Below are positions 9,749 through 18,538 of a stretch of DNA of 64,000 nucleotides, one piece after another (position 1 is the stretch's first letter; every line of letters starts with the position of its first letter). Source of the stretch: an uncultured archaeon. Lineage in GTDB: Archaea; Aenigmatarchaeota; Aenigmatarchaeia; CG10238-14. The notes beneath the pieces are model-generated. The model ran no database searches, was not told the origin of the DNA, and saw nothing but the letters and a program-made list of their open reading frames with translations. The stretch spans positions 32,001 through 96,000 of the forward strand of contig CAYMPD010000001.1 in the NCBI GenBank assembly GCA_964392445.1, in the 5' to 3' direction. The translations under genes were made by a program, and so were the position numbers.

Positions 9749-10993
9749 TTAATTTGGAGTGGTCAAAACTACATCAACTATATCTTCTTGTAAAGGTCGG
9801 GTAAGATTTCTTGTATTGGTTCCAAAATCAACTGATGCATTTATCTCCGCAACATAAAAAGACATATTTTCTCTAAGATAAGTACTAATTCTTCTTTGAA
9901 GTTCTTTATATTCTTCACTTGACCTATATTCTCCAAAAATCCTATCGAGATTTGCTAGGTCTCCCTCAAATTTTTCATCATATAAAATACCCAATAAATC
10001 AGTACCAAATCTCTCTACACGTGAATCTAATGTCGCCCTCATCTTATCTTTAGCCCCTTCAATCTCTGAATCCTTATAATCCGATACTCCTCTCACAACT
10101 TCATAAATTCCTCTTCTGACCTCTAAATCGTCACAAACAGGTATTATATCCACTCCTACTATTAAAGGACCTTGATCATTTTCTATATAGGAAAGCATTG
10201 CTCTTACAGAACTTAAGGATATGTCCTCTACTATTTGTGGAGAATCTATGCCGCCCACAGGAATTGCTCCAAGTGCTGTATTTTTAGCTTCCTCTTCATC
10301 ACTTCTACCAACTCTAGCCAGACACCCTAAATATTCAGGTTTTCTCCCCCTTTTCATAGAAACTAGACATCTTAAATCAAGTGGATGAGGTAAAAATTCT
10401 TCAAGAAAAAGTCCCCCCGGATTTATACTATTTCTATAGAATGCACTAGGGACTTCTCCTCTTGGTTTACCCCGCTGAGAACTACAAAAATCAATGAAGT
10501 CTTCTTTTCCGTTTACTTTAATTATAGATTTTCCTCTGCTCCCAGAAGTCGGTTTTACTGCTACCGGAAAACCTAACTCTTCCTGTATAGAATCTGCTAT
10601 TTCTTCTATATTTTCTTCATTTCCTCTAATTGTTCCACCAACAATTTTCAAAGGATGTTTTGTTAAGTGATAAGGAGCAGTTGGTATTTCTTGATCCTTA
10701 AATACTTCTTTCATGGCCGGTTTATATCTACAAAACCCTTCCACCGAATAAGAACTTAAAACTGTTATTCCAGACTCTTCCAACTCTTGAGCGAAATTAA
10801 CTCTTCCTCTCCTATGCACCAATCTATTCACGACTTTATCTAGATCTTCTAGAAACTCTTTCTCTATTCCCGTTCTATGAGAATAATGCATTATAGTAGG
10901 TATAACTCCCCTATTTAGAAAAGCTTGGAGTATTAAAATTTCATCTACATAAAGTTCTGTATCAAGATAATCAACGGCAAGTCCTATTGTCAT
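9749..10993 (-). CDS. LysX/RimK-like ATP-grasp amide ligase with a long helical insertion
   Basis: 'VNRLVHRR', 'VAVKPTSGSRGK', 'LEEFLPHPLDLRCLV', 'KNTALGA', 'GVDII', 'AEINASVDF'. Confidence 0.75.
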   Translation of the reverse strand: MTIGLAVDYLDTELYVDEILILQAFLNRGVIPTIMHYSHRTGIEKEFLEDLDKVVNRLVHRRGRVNFAQELEESGITVLSSYSVEGFCRYKPAMKEVFKDQEIPTAPYHLTKHPLKIVGGTIRGNEENIEEIADSIQEELGFPVAVKPTSGSRGKSIIKVNGKEDFIDFCSSQRGKPRGEVPSAFYRNSINPGGLFLEEFLPHPLDLRCLVSMKRGRKPEYLGCLARVGRSDEEEAKNTALGAIPVGGIDSPQIVEDISLSSVRAMLSYIENDQGPLIVGVDIIPVCDDLEVRRGIYEVVRGVSDYKDSEIEGAKDKMRATLDSRVERFGTDLLGILYDEKFEGDLANLDRIFGEYRSSEEYKELQRRISTYLRENMSFYVAEINASVDFGTNTRNLTRPLQEDIVDVVLTTPN

Positions 10994-11058
10994 ATCAAAA
11001 CAAATTAAAATATAACTTTTAAATATCTGACCCTATAAATTGTGTAAAGGTGTAATAA

Positions 11059-11145
11059 ATGAATGAACTAGACTTTTTTTGTGTTTTCCGAGTTTTATCT
11101 AGTTCGATCACTGTTTCTAAGAAGAAGTTAAAGAAGAGACGATAA
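11059..11145 (+). CDS. Putative 28-aa leader or small peptide MNELDFFCVFRVLSSSITVSKKKLKKRR
   Basis: ATG preceded by the SD-like AAGGTG; stop 16 nt before tRNA-like element 1. Confidence 0.35.
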   Translation: MNELDFFCVFRVLSSSITVSKKKLKKRR

Positions 11146-11161
11146 TCGGTCATTGTTTTTT

Positions 11162-11210
11162 GGACTGTGCGTCTCATGGGCTATCAGGTTCGAATCCTAA
11201 CAGTTCTTTC
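11162..11210 (+). ncRNA. tRNA-like mini-element 1 (acceptor stem plus T-arm only)
   Basis: GGACTG(11162-67)/CAGTTC(11201-06) stem; TCAGG-TTCGAAT-CCTAA T-arm; 16-nt connector. Confidence 0.55.
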
Positions 11211-11213
11211 TAG

Positions 11214-11807
11214 ATGGATGATAAAATGGCACCAAGAATAATACTAATAGATAATAATACTCAATACTTGAGTGAATTGACTGGATATTTAAATGATCTC
11301 GGGACAGAAGTAGATTTAACAAGCCCATTGTGTAATTTCCAGATCGATGAGTACGATGGTGCAATTGTTTCTGGAGGAAGAATGCCTCCAGGTAATCATA
11401 AACCTATTTATGACTGGTATTCTGAACTCTTTGAAGAAGCCGGGAAAAGTGGGATTCCTGTACTTGCAATATGTTTTGGTCACTTGATCTTTGGATTAAC
11501 ACAAGGAGGTAGTATTAAAAGGATGGATCTAGGAGAAGAAGGTATTATAGAGGTAAATTTTGAAGAAGGTTATCCTCTAGCACCTGACGGACACAGATTA
11601 AGAGTTTTCGTATCCCGTGATAGAATATTGCAAAGAGTACCTCCTTCTTCAAATGTATGGGGGGTTTCTTCTAAGTCTAGTGCTGAGGCGTTGAGTTATG
11701 GGTCTATATTTACTGTAGGTTTTCACCCAGAAGTACGCGAATCTAGGAATCAAGGTCAGATGATACTAGATGGATTTTATCAAATATGTGGAGGAAGTGA
11801 AAGATAA
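11214..11807 (+). CDS. Class I glutamine amidotransferase-fold protein (start possibly 11226)
   Basis: 'IILIDNN', 'GAIVSGG', nucleophile elbow 'LAICFGH', 'GFHPEV'. Confidence 0.85.
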   Translation: MDDKMAPRIILIDNNTQYLSELTGYLNDLGTEVDLTSPLCNFQIDEYDGAIVSGGRMPPGNHKPIYDWYSELFEEAGKSGIPVLAICFGHLIFGLTQGGSIKRMDLGEEGIIEVNFEEGYPLAPDGHRLRVFVSRDRILQRVPPSSNVWGVSSKSSAEALSYGSIFTVGFHPEVRESRNQGQMILDGFYQICGGSER

Positions 11808-12646
11808 TGTATGAGAGGCCCTTATTAGTAGTAAAAATAGGTGGGAGTTTAATTCCCCCATGTGGTGAGTTACAAGACACTGAACAACTCAGAGGTATCG
11901 CGAAAGATATAGCGGGGTTGTATCCAAGGAACGATTTCGTAATTTTACATGGTGGTGGAAATAGGGTTACTTATAGAATGAAAGAAATGGGTAAAGAACC
12001 TCAATTTATAACATCTAGAAATGGTATGAGAAGTAGATACACTGACAGAGGAACTATGGATATTTTCGCTGACGTGATGGGAGATATAAACCAAGAGTTA
12101 GTCGATTTACTAACTACCCAAGGTCTAAGTTCAAGGGGGTTTTATAATGGTAGTAGCCCATTAATGGGTAGAAGAAAAAAGGCCCTTAGAGATTACCGTG
12201 ATGGTAAGGTCCTTCTAGTTAGAGATGATTACAGTGGTAGATTATATGGTTTAGATAGAAATTGTTTGTTAGATTCTCTTGAAAGGGAAGAAATGCCGGT
12301 TATCTCGCCTGTGGCTGTTGGTGAAGAAGAAGAATTTTTAAATGTAGATGGGGATACTGCTGCTGCATATACAGCCTCTGAACTTGGAGCAAGAACATTA
12401 ATTCTTATTACTGATGTTACAGGCGTTTTAGATGGTGATAATGAGTTAGTAAGAAGAGTACCATATCAGGATTTAGATAGTTGGATTAGTAGAGTTGATG
12501 GTGGTATGAAAAGAAAATTAATGGCGAGCAAAGAGGCTATAGAAAGGGGCTTAGAGAAAGTTTTAATTTGTGGTGGACGGGAGGATCGTCCTTTATCAAG
12601 AGCTTTGAGATATGAAAATGGTACTGTAATAAAAGGTGATAATTAA
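11807..12646 (+). CDS. lysZ: [LysW]-aminoadipate/glutamate kinase-like (LysZ/ArgB)
   Basis: 'VVKIGGS', 'LHGGG', 'SRYTD', 'RKK...DGK...DDYSG', 'PVISPVA', 'LNVDGDTAAA', 'GGMKRKL'. Confidence 0.85.
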   Translation: MYERPLLVVKIGGSLIPPCGELQDTEQLRGIAKDIAGLYPRNDFVILHGGGNRVTYRMKEMGKEPQFITSRNGMRSRYTDRGTMDIFADVMGDINQELVDLLTTQGLSSRGFYNGSSPLMGRRKKALRDYRDGKVLLVRDDYSGRLYGLDRNCLLDSLEREEMPVISPVAVGEEEEFLNVDGDTAAAYTASELGARTLILITDVTGVLDGDNELVRRVPYQDLDSWISRVDGGMKRKLMASKEAIERGLEKVLICGGREDRPLSRALRYENGTVIKGDN

Positions 12647-12652
12647 TGTTAG

Positions 12653-13894
12653 GTGAACATCAAAAGATATGATAATTTGAGGGGTAGAGAAGTACCTATA
12701 TCAATAGTATTAAGAGAGTTCACTCAAGGTTATCCATTATATTTTGGTTATAGAGGGGATAAATCTTTCCAAGAACTTCTCTCTTTATTATTTGCAACAG
12801 GTGTCCATTCAATAGAGATAGACAATCCTTATCAGGGGGACTTTTCCGATGGCCATGTACCGATTAAAACAGGACATGTACAATTAGCAGGAAAATTGTA
12901 TGGTGACAGAGTATTATCACATCTTAGGTTAGGGCCAGGTATACCTGATATAAAATACTACTTAGAATATATGGAAGAGATTCAGAAAACTGGTGTTGGA
13001 TTATTCACAACACTTGACTACGAAAAAATAGGTTATGAATCTCAAGAAGATCAATTGAAAGATGTGGAGAACGGAATAGGAAGGTTAATAGAATCCGGAG
13101 TTCAAACAGTTAGATTTAGTGTTGAAAATGGTGTTTACTATTTCCAAAACGGTGAAAGAAATGAGATAGAAAATCTAATAAGAGTAGCAATTGAAGCCGG
13201 CGCCAATACTATAGGACTCCCTAAAACCAATGGAAAAAATAGTGTTGATATGTACAGATTTGGTCAAGAAGTAGGGACTTTGGTCCCAGACGATATTAGT
13301 ATTCGCTTACACTGTCATGGAACCCCCCCCTATCTTTTTGTTCTGAATGGATTGGCAGGGTTGTTAACTTCAGGCCATGAAAATGTAGTTGTAGAGACCA
13401 CACTTGAAAGATCTTCCCATCCTAATAGCGTTGAGATACCAGGTATAGTTGAAATGAATGATAGATTGAGAGAAGGAGGTGTAAAAACTGGGGTAGAACC
13501 TAATTTTCTTGTAAGAATCGTTAGTGATGCTTTAGATATGATTTATCGACCGTCTCATTTACCACCTTATGAATTGGCAATTGGAGGACACGCAGCGAAA
13601 AAAATGAATGGTTCTAAAGACTATGATGGTCAAATTCAAAGAAATAATCATAAGAGAATTTTTTCTCACACGACAGGAAAAAATATCTTAAGAGATTTAC
13701 TAGAACAGTATGGTATACAGGTACATCCTAAGAATATCCCAAAAGTAGCAACTGAAATCAGAAGGCTTATGTCAGGGGATTATCCAGATATTAATCCTAG
13801 GATATATTTAGATGAAGATGGGGTTCCTAGATTGGATAATATTCTAACGAAAATTTCAGAATTAAGGGGTATCCCAATCAATGGGGGTGATTAA
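12653..13894 (+). CDS. Divergent DRE-TIM metallolyase (homocitrate/isopropylmalate synthase-like)
   Basis: 'VLREFTQG' (cf. TLRDGEQ), 'SIEIDNP', 'TIGLPKTNG', HxH 'LHCHG', 'HTTGK'. Confidence 0.6.
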   Translation: MNIKRYDNLRGREVPISIVLREFTQGYPLYFGYRGDKSFQELLSLLFATGVHSIEIDNPYQGDFSDGHVPIKTGHVQLAGKLYGDRVLSHLRLGPGIPDIKYYLEYMEEIQKTGVGLFTTLDYEKIGYESQEDQLKDVENGIGRLIESGVQTVRFSVENGVYYFQNGERNEIENLIRVAIEAGANTIGLPKTNGKNSVDMYRFGQEVGTLVPDDISIRLHCHGTPPYLFVLNGLAGLLTSGHENVVVETTLERSSHPNSVEIPGIVEMNDRLREGGVKTGVEPNFLVRIVSDALDMIYRPSHLPPYELAIGGHAAKKMNGSKDYDGQIQRNNHKRIFSHTTGKNILRDLLEQYGIQVHPKNIPKVATEIRRLMSGDYPDINPRIYLDEDGVPRLDNILTKISELRGIPINGGD

Positions 13895-13918
13895 AATACC
13901 ATAAATTCAGTTGACTGT

Positions 13919-13970
13919 AGAATTGTGCATTATTTGTGGCCTATCAGGTTCAAATCCTGACAATTCTTTC
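13919..13970 (+). ncRNA. tRNA-like mini-element 2 (acceptor stem plus T-arm only)
   Basis: AGAATTG(13919-25)/CAATTCT(13961-67) 7-bp stem; perfect TCAGG-TTCAAAT-CCTGA T-arm; 18-nt connector; 27/30 identity with element 1 over the last 30 nt. Confidence 0.6.
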
Positions 13971-13981
13971 AAAAATTAGAG

Positions 13982-14278
13982 GTGGAGAAAATGGAAGATA
14001 TCTATGAAAATAATGGATTATCTATATCAGTGGTTGATTTAGATGGTTTTAGAAATTCATTAAGGACTTTAGGGAATAGAACAACGTTAGAAAGAGTAAT
14101 AATAGAAAGTTTTCTTATCTACGGATATCAACCACAAATTGAAATTACTGGGATCCGAGTCGGTGATAGATACTTTTGGGGAGAAGAAACCCCAAAAGCA
14201 GAACCTATCTATCACGGAGTAGTACAAGGGTGTAGTTTATATGGACAAGAAATTGTAGTGGAGGGGGGGTTGGTATGA
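13982..14278 (+). CDS. Hypothetical protein (start possibly ATG 13991)
   Basis: Open frame with SD-like GAGGTG; Lys-poor like its neighbours. Confidence 0.6.
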   Translation: MEKMEDIYENNGLSISVVDLDGFRNSLRTLGNRTTLERVIIESFLIYGYQPQIEITGIRVGDRYFWGEETPKAEPIYHGVVQGCSLYGQEIVVEGGLV

Positions 14279-14334
14279 AAATACTAGTAGGAATATGCTT
14301 AATTTACTCCAAAGAAAAGGTGATTATATCTTAG

Positions 14335-14655
14335 GTGTTGACCGGAAGGATTGTTAGTGGATTAGACTGTAGTGGATATTACAGGGGATTCTTAGTTTAT
14401 ACCTTAGGGACCAATTGCGAAGAAATATTACACCTTCATTGTATCCCAGAACAGGAAATTAAAGAGGGAATTGATGAAAAGAAAGTTATAGATCGATTGG
14501 GCTACGAAAAGGAAGTTACAGAATTCGAGGGTAGTTACACATTAACTCTCTCTGGTAAAAAAATTGGTGCCCTACATGTAGATACCCCGTCAAATTTAAC
14601 CAGCAAATCCGATGTTCAAACTTTATTAAGAAAAAGTGGATATCAGTTCAGCTAA
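14335..14655 (+). CDS. Hypothetical protein
   Basis: 106-aa ORF co-directional with its neighbours. Confidence 0.55.
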   Translation: MLTGRIVSGLDCSGYYRGFLVYTLGTNCEEILHLHCIPEQEIKEGIDEKKVIDRLGYEKEVTEFEGSYTLTLSGKKIGALHVDTPSNLTSKSDVQTLLRKSGYQFS

Positions 14656-14670
14656 ACCATAAAAACTTGG

Positions 14671-16368
14671 GTGACTAAAATGAGAAGTATGAAAGAAGAT
14701 GAGACTATGTTCTGGTCAGACAGAATTGCGAATTTATTGATAGAAAGAAAAAAATATAACTACATAGACAAAAACACTCAAAAACCAGAGAAATTTCAAG
14801 TAAAAAGTAGTACTTCTATATCAGGTGTTCCACACATAGGTAATGCTTCTGATGTGATAAGACATGATGCCGTGGTCAGATCTCTAAAAGAAATGGGAGA
14901 GAAAGTACATTTTATCTGGGTATCTGAGGATATGGATCCTTTAAGGAAAGTACCTGCCGGAATTCCTAAAGAATTTAGTAAATATTTGGGTATGCCTGTA
15001 TCAGATTTACCTTGCCCAGAGGGTTGTTGTGAGAGTTATGTCAAGCACTTCACTAGATTATTCATAGAAAGTCTTCATAAGCATTTTGGAACTGAACCGG
15101 AATTAATTTCAACCACAGATGCTTACAAAAATGGGAAATTTTATCCTTATGTTAAATTGTCTTTGGAAAAGATTGATATAATAAAAAAGATACTTAACAA
15201 ACATAGAACCAATCCTCTACCTAAAGTTTGGAGTCCCTTAAAACCAGTTTGTGATAATTGCGGGAAGATAATAACTACCAAGATAGATGATGTAAATAAA
15301 GATGTTGTTAGTTACAGATGTGAAGATTACTCCTTTAAAGAATTTGGTCAGAAAGCCTACACTAAAGTTGAGGGTTGTGAACATAAAGGCGGATGTGACA
15401 TTACTAAAGGTAATTATAAATTGTTATGGAAGATCGAATGGGCAGCTGAGTGGCCTTTGTGGAAGATTAATTTCGAAGGTGCGGGAAAAGAACACTATAT
15501 GCCAGGTGGTTCCTTCTGGAATGCTGGCGAAATTTGTGAAAAAGTGTTTGATTGGCCTGAACCTTATCCTGGAGAAAATGAAATCCAGCCTTATGAGTAC
15601 ATTTTAGTAGACGGAGAAAAAATGTCTGCATCTAAAGGTAATGTGGTCGCAACATGGGAATGGCCTGAATTTGCTCCGCCTGAAATACTTAGAATGCTCC
15701 TTTTAAAGAGACCAAATAAGACAAGAGGATTCTCCTATGAAAAAATACCCGAAATGGTTGATGAATTTGATGAATTAAAGGAAATCTATTATGGCCATAA
15801 AAAGATTGAAAATGAAAAGGAATTAAGAAATTTGAAAAAACTTTACGAAGTTTCTAGGATCGAAGAAAAATATCATTATACCCCTAGCGTTTCGTTCAGT
15901 TACTTGGCTTTAATAAGTCAGATGATTCCTGAATCTACTACAAGTAATTTTGATAGAGTAATTCAAGTTCTCAAAAAAACCGAACATATTACAGAAGATA
16001 ATGAAGAGATTAGAACTCATGTAAAGAAGAGACTGGAAATGGCTGGAGAGTGGATGAAAAGATATGGTCCCGAAGAGGATAGGATAAAATTATTGAAAAA
16101 GGTACCAAAAGAAATAGTTGGGAAATTGAGTGAAGAACAGAAATCGTCCTTGAAAGAACTTTCGGGATTTATCCAAAAAGACTTTACAAGAAAAGAAATG
16201 TGGGATGAAATAAAATCAACAGCGGAAAAGTACGGAATAAAACCCGGAAAAATATTCCAAGCAGCTTATCTAGTTCTAATTGGAAGAAAAAGAGGACCAA
16301 GAATGATACCTTTTATTCAACTATTGGATAGAGATTTCGTGATTAAGAGATTTAGTTTGGAAGATTAA
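14671..16368 (+). CDS. lysS: Class I lysyl-tRNA synthetase (start possibly 14707)
   Basis: 'SISGVPHIGN', 'EDMDPLRKVP', 'WKIEWAAEW', 'GAGKEH', 'KMSASKGN', 'GPRM'. Confidence 0.97.
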   Translation: MTKMRSMKEDETMFWSDRIANLLIERKKYNYIDKNTQKPEKFQVKSSTSISGVPHIGNASDVIRHDAVVRSLKEMGEKVHFIWVSEDMDPLRKVPAGIPKEFSKYLGMPVSDLPCPEGCCESYVKHFTRLFIESLHKHFGTEPELISTTDAYKNGKFYPYVKLSLEKIDIIKKILNKHRTNPLPKVWSPLKPVCDNCGKIITTKIDDVNKDVVSYRCEDYSFKEFGQKAYTKVEGCEHKGGCDITKGNYKLLWKIEWAAEWPLWKINFEGAGKEHYMPGGSFWNAGEICEKVFDWPEPYPGENEIQPYEYILVDGEKMSASKGNVVATWEWPEFAPPEILRMLLLKRPNKTRGFSYEKIPEMVDEFDELKEIYYGHKKIENEKELRNLKKLYEVSRIEEKYHYTPSVSFSYLALISQMIPESTTSNFDRVIQVLKKTEHITEDNEEIRTHVKKRLEMAGEWMKRYGPEEDRIKLLKKVPKEIVGKLSEEQKSSLKELSGFIQKDFTRKEMWDEIKSTAEKYGIKPGKIFQAAYLVLIGRKRGPRMIPFIQLLDRDFVIKRFSLED

Positions 16369-16405
16369 ATAAAACGTTAAGTAAATTAATTCATAATCTA
16401 TTGTC

Positions 16406-17497
16406 ATGAGTGTCTTTGAAAATCTTCAACAATCCAGAATCTACAAAAACGAGGAAGCATTATCAACAGAATTCTTGCCAAATTTTCTTCCGCATAGAGA
16501 AACACAAATACAAGAGATAGCAAGGAATTTAAACCCGCTCACAAAAGGTAGAAAACCACAAAACACATTCATCTTCGGACCACCAGGAATAGGTAAGACT
16601 TGTGTGACCAGATTCGTACTTAGAGAATTACAAGATTTTGCAAGCGATAATGTAGATACTGTTTTTATCAACACTTGGGATTATAATACTGCTCCCGCGT
16701 TACTGACCAAGATTGTGGTTGAGTTAGGTTACCCTTTACCAAGGCGAGGACTATCAAAAGATGAAATAATGGAAAAATTAATTGAAGTTTTAAAAAGAAA
16801 GAACAAAAGCTTGGTTGTTGGCCTGGATGAAATTGATCAATTAGTGAAAAAAGATGATTCTGCACTTTATGATTTACTAAGGATTAATCAGTATGTTAAG
16901 ACACCTGTAGGTCTTGTAATGATTTCAAACTATGGTAATATTTTTGCTAAAGTTGAACCAAGGATTAAGAGTAGTTTAGACACCCAACAAATAGAATTTA
17001 AAGGTTATTCGATTCAAGAAATGAAGGATATTATCAAGGAAAGATGTAAAGAAGCTTTTAGAACAGGGATTGTTCAAGAAGGGGTAACACTACTATGTGC
17101 TAATCATGCTGTTAACCGGGGAGGAGATGTTAGAGTAGGACTGGAATGTCTTAGAAAGGCTGCAAGAGCTTGTGAACAAGAAGACGGGGAAAAGATTCTC
17201 GTAAAACACGTGAAACAAATACTTCCTAGCGTTAAAACAGTTAAATTAAGATTGATGAGAGATAGGCTAGAAGGAGTTGACAAAAATATTGTTGAATTAC
17301 TAAAAACCAAGAAGAAGATAATCTTTTCCAAATTTATGAAGGATTACAATAAGAATTATGAAGCATTGTCAGATACTTCTCTTAAACAACATCTGGATTA
17401 CCTTGAAGGAGCAGGATTAGTAAGAACAGAGGAAACGAGAAGTGGTGGAAGAGGAAGAAAGTGTTACATTAGTTTGGTTAAGAGGAAGAAGTTCTAG
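16406..17497 (+). CDS. cdc6: Cdc6/Orc1 replication initiator AAA+ ATPase
   Basis: 'LPHRETQI', Walker A GPPGIGKT, Walker B 'GLDEID', 'GDVRVGL', C-terminal winged helix. Confidence 0.95.
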   Translation: MSVFENLQQSRIYKNEEALSTEFLPNFLPHRETQIQEIARNLNPLTKGRKPQNTFIFGPPGIGKTCVTRFVLRELQDFASDNVDTVFINTWDYNTAPALLTKIVVELGYPLPRRGLSKDEIMEKLIEVLKRKNKSLVVGLDEIDQLVKKDDSALYDLLRINQYVKTPVGLVMISNYGNIFAKVEPRIKSSLDTQQIEFKGYSIQEMKDIIKERCKEAFRTGIVQEGVTLLCANHAVNRGGDVRVGLECLRKAARACEQEDGEKILVKHVKQILPSVKTVKLRLMRDRLEGVDKNIVELLKTKKKIIFSKFMKDYNKNYEALSDTSLKQHLDYLEGAGLVRTEETRSGGRGRKCYISLVKRKKF

Positions 17498-17562
17498 GTT
17501 AAAATTTATATGTGTGATTCTAACATAATAAGTTAGCGAGGTTAAATCTTAAAGGTTTTAAG

Positions 17563-17637
17563 AGCGAGATGGAGCAGCCTGGAGTGCTCGCGGGGCTCAT
17601 AACCCCGAGGTCGGAAGTTCAAATCTTCCTCTCGCTA
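17563..17637 (+). tRNA. Initiator tRNA-Met(CAT)
   Basis: A1-U72 acceptor AGCGAGA/TCTCGCT; anticodon stem CGGGG/CCCCG with consecutive G-C pairs; loop CT-CAT-AA; T-arm GGAAG-TTCAAAT-CTTCC. Confidence 0.95.
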
Positions 17638-17698
17638 TCGGCCTATGCTTTTTTTCTGAATTCATTAATTATTTCACTACAAATCCCAAACTATAACC

Positions 17699-18538
17699 AT
17701 GTGGTTCATCTACGCACTACTATCAGCATTACTTCTTTCATCTTATGCCTTGTTAATGAGAAAGACTCTCAAGGATAAAGGTAATCCAATAGTGTTCACG
17801 GTAATTCTACAGTTTGTCATTTCCTTAGTTCTAATCTCACTCCTCCCTTTTGAAAATATTAGTTATCTCTTCACTACCAATAACCTCATCGTCTTAGTTT
17901 TAGTAATCATAGGGACCGCTATTCTCGCGATATTATTCACCAAAGGTAGACAACTTGAAGAAGCTTCGAATGTTTCTATTGGCGTTCAAGTAGGACGTGT
18001 TTGGAATCTGATTGGGGCAGCATTAATACTGGGAGAAGATGTAACTGGTTACAAGATAATTGGTGTGGGATTGATTATTCTTGGAAATATTTTGATTTCG
18101 TGGAAAGGCCAAAAACTGAAATTGACTAGAGGTATGATATTCATAATTACTGGAGCTTTATTATTTGCAACTGTTAATTTTGGTGATAAGTTCCTTTTAA
18201 AAACATTTTCTACAGCCTTTTATAACCTCCTACTTTATTCCATTTCTTCAATTATCTTATTCGGATTTATTGGATTCAACTTCAAAAAACTAAAGAAAGA
18301 GTTAAAATTACATGGGTCAGTGGTGTTTCTAATCGGAATTGTTTTTGGACTAGGAATGTATTTTTTTGAATTAGCTCTTAAATTAGGAGAGGTTTCCAGG
18401 GTTTCTCCCGTCCATAGTTCTTCAATGGTTTTCACAATATTAGCGGGTATAATCTTTCTAGGAGAAAGGGATCATCTGTTAAAGAAACTAGTAGCTGGTA
18501 TAATCGTCTTTCTAGGAGTCTACTTACTTATTATCTGA
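17699..18538 (+). CDS. EamA/DMT family transporter
   Basis: About 10 TM helices with internal duplication; 'GEVSRVSPV', 'IFLGER'. Confidence 0.9.
   Translation: MWFIYALLSALLLSSYALLMRKTLKDKGNPIVFTVILQFVISLVLISLLPFENISYLFTTNNLIVLVLVIIGTAILAILFTKGRQLEEASNVSIGVQVGRVWNLIGAALILGEDVTGYKIIGVGLIILGNILISWKGQKLKLTRGMIFIITGALLFATVNFGDKFLLKTFSTAFYNLLLYSISSIILFGFIGFNFKKLKKELKLHGSVVFLIGIVFGLGMYFFELALKLGEVSRVSPVHSSSMVFTILAGIIFLGERDHLLKKLVAGIIVFLGVYLLII

Noticed and set aside
13982-14655. Small ORFs as candidate LysW carriers
   Set aside because: No paired CxxC zinc ribbon and no C-terminal EDWGE-like glutamate
16369-17562. Replication origin next to cdc6
   Set aside because: Flanking intergenic gaps are only about 37 and 65 nt and contain no ORB-like repeat or G-string
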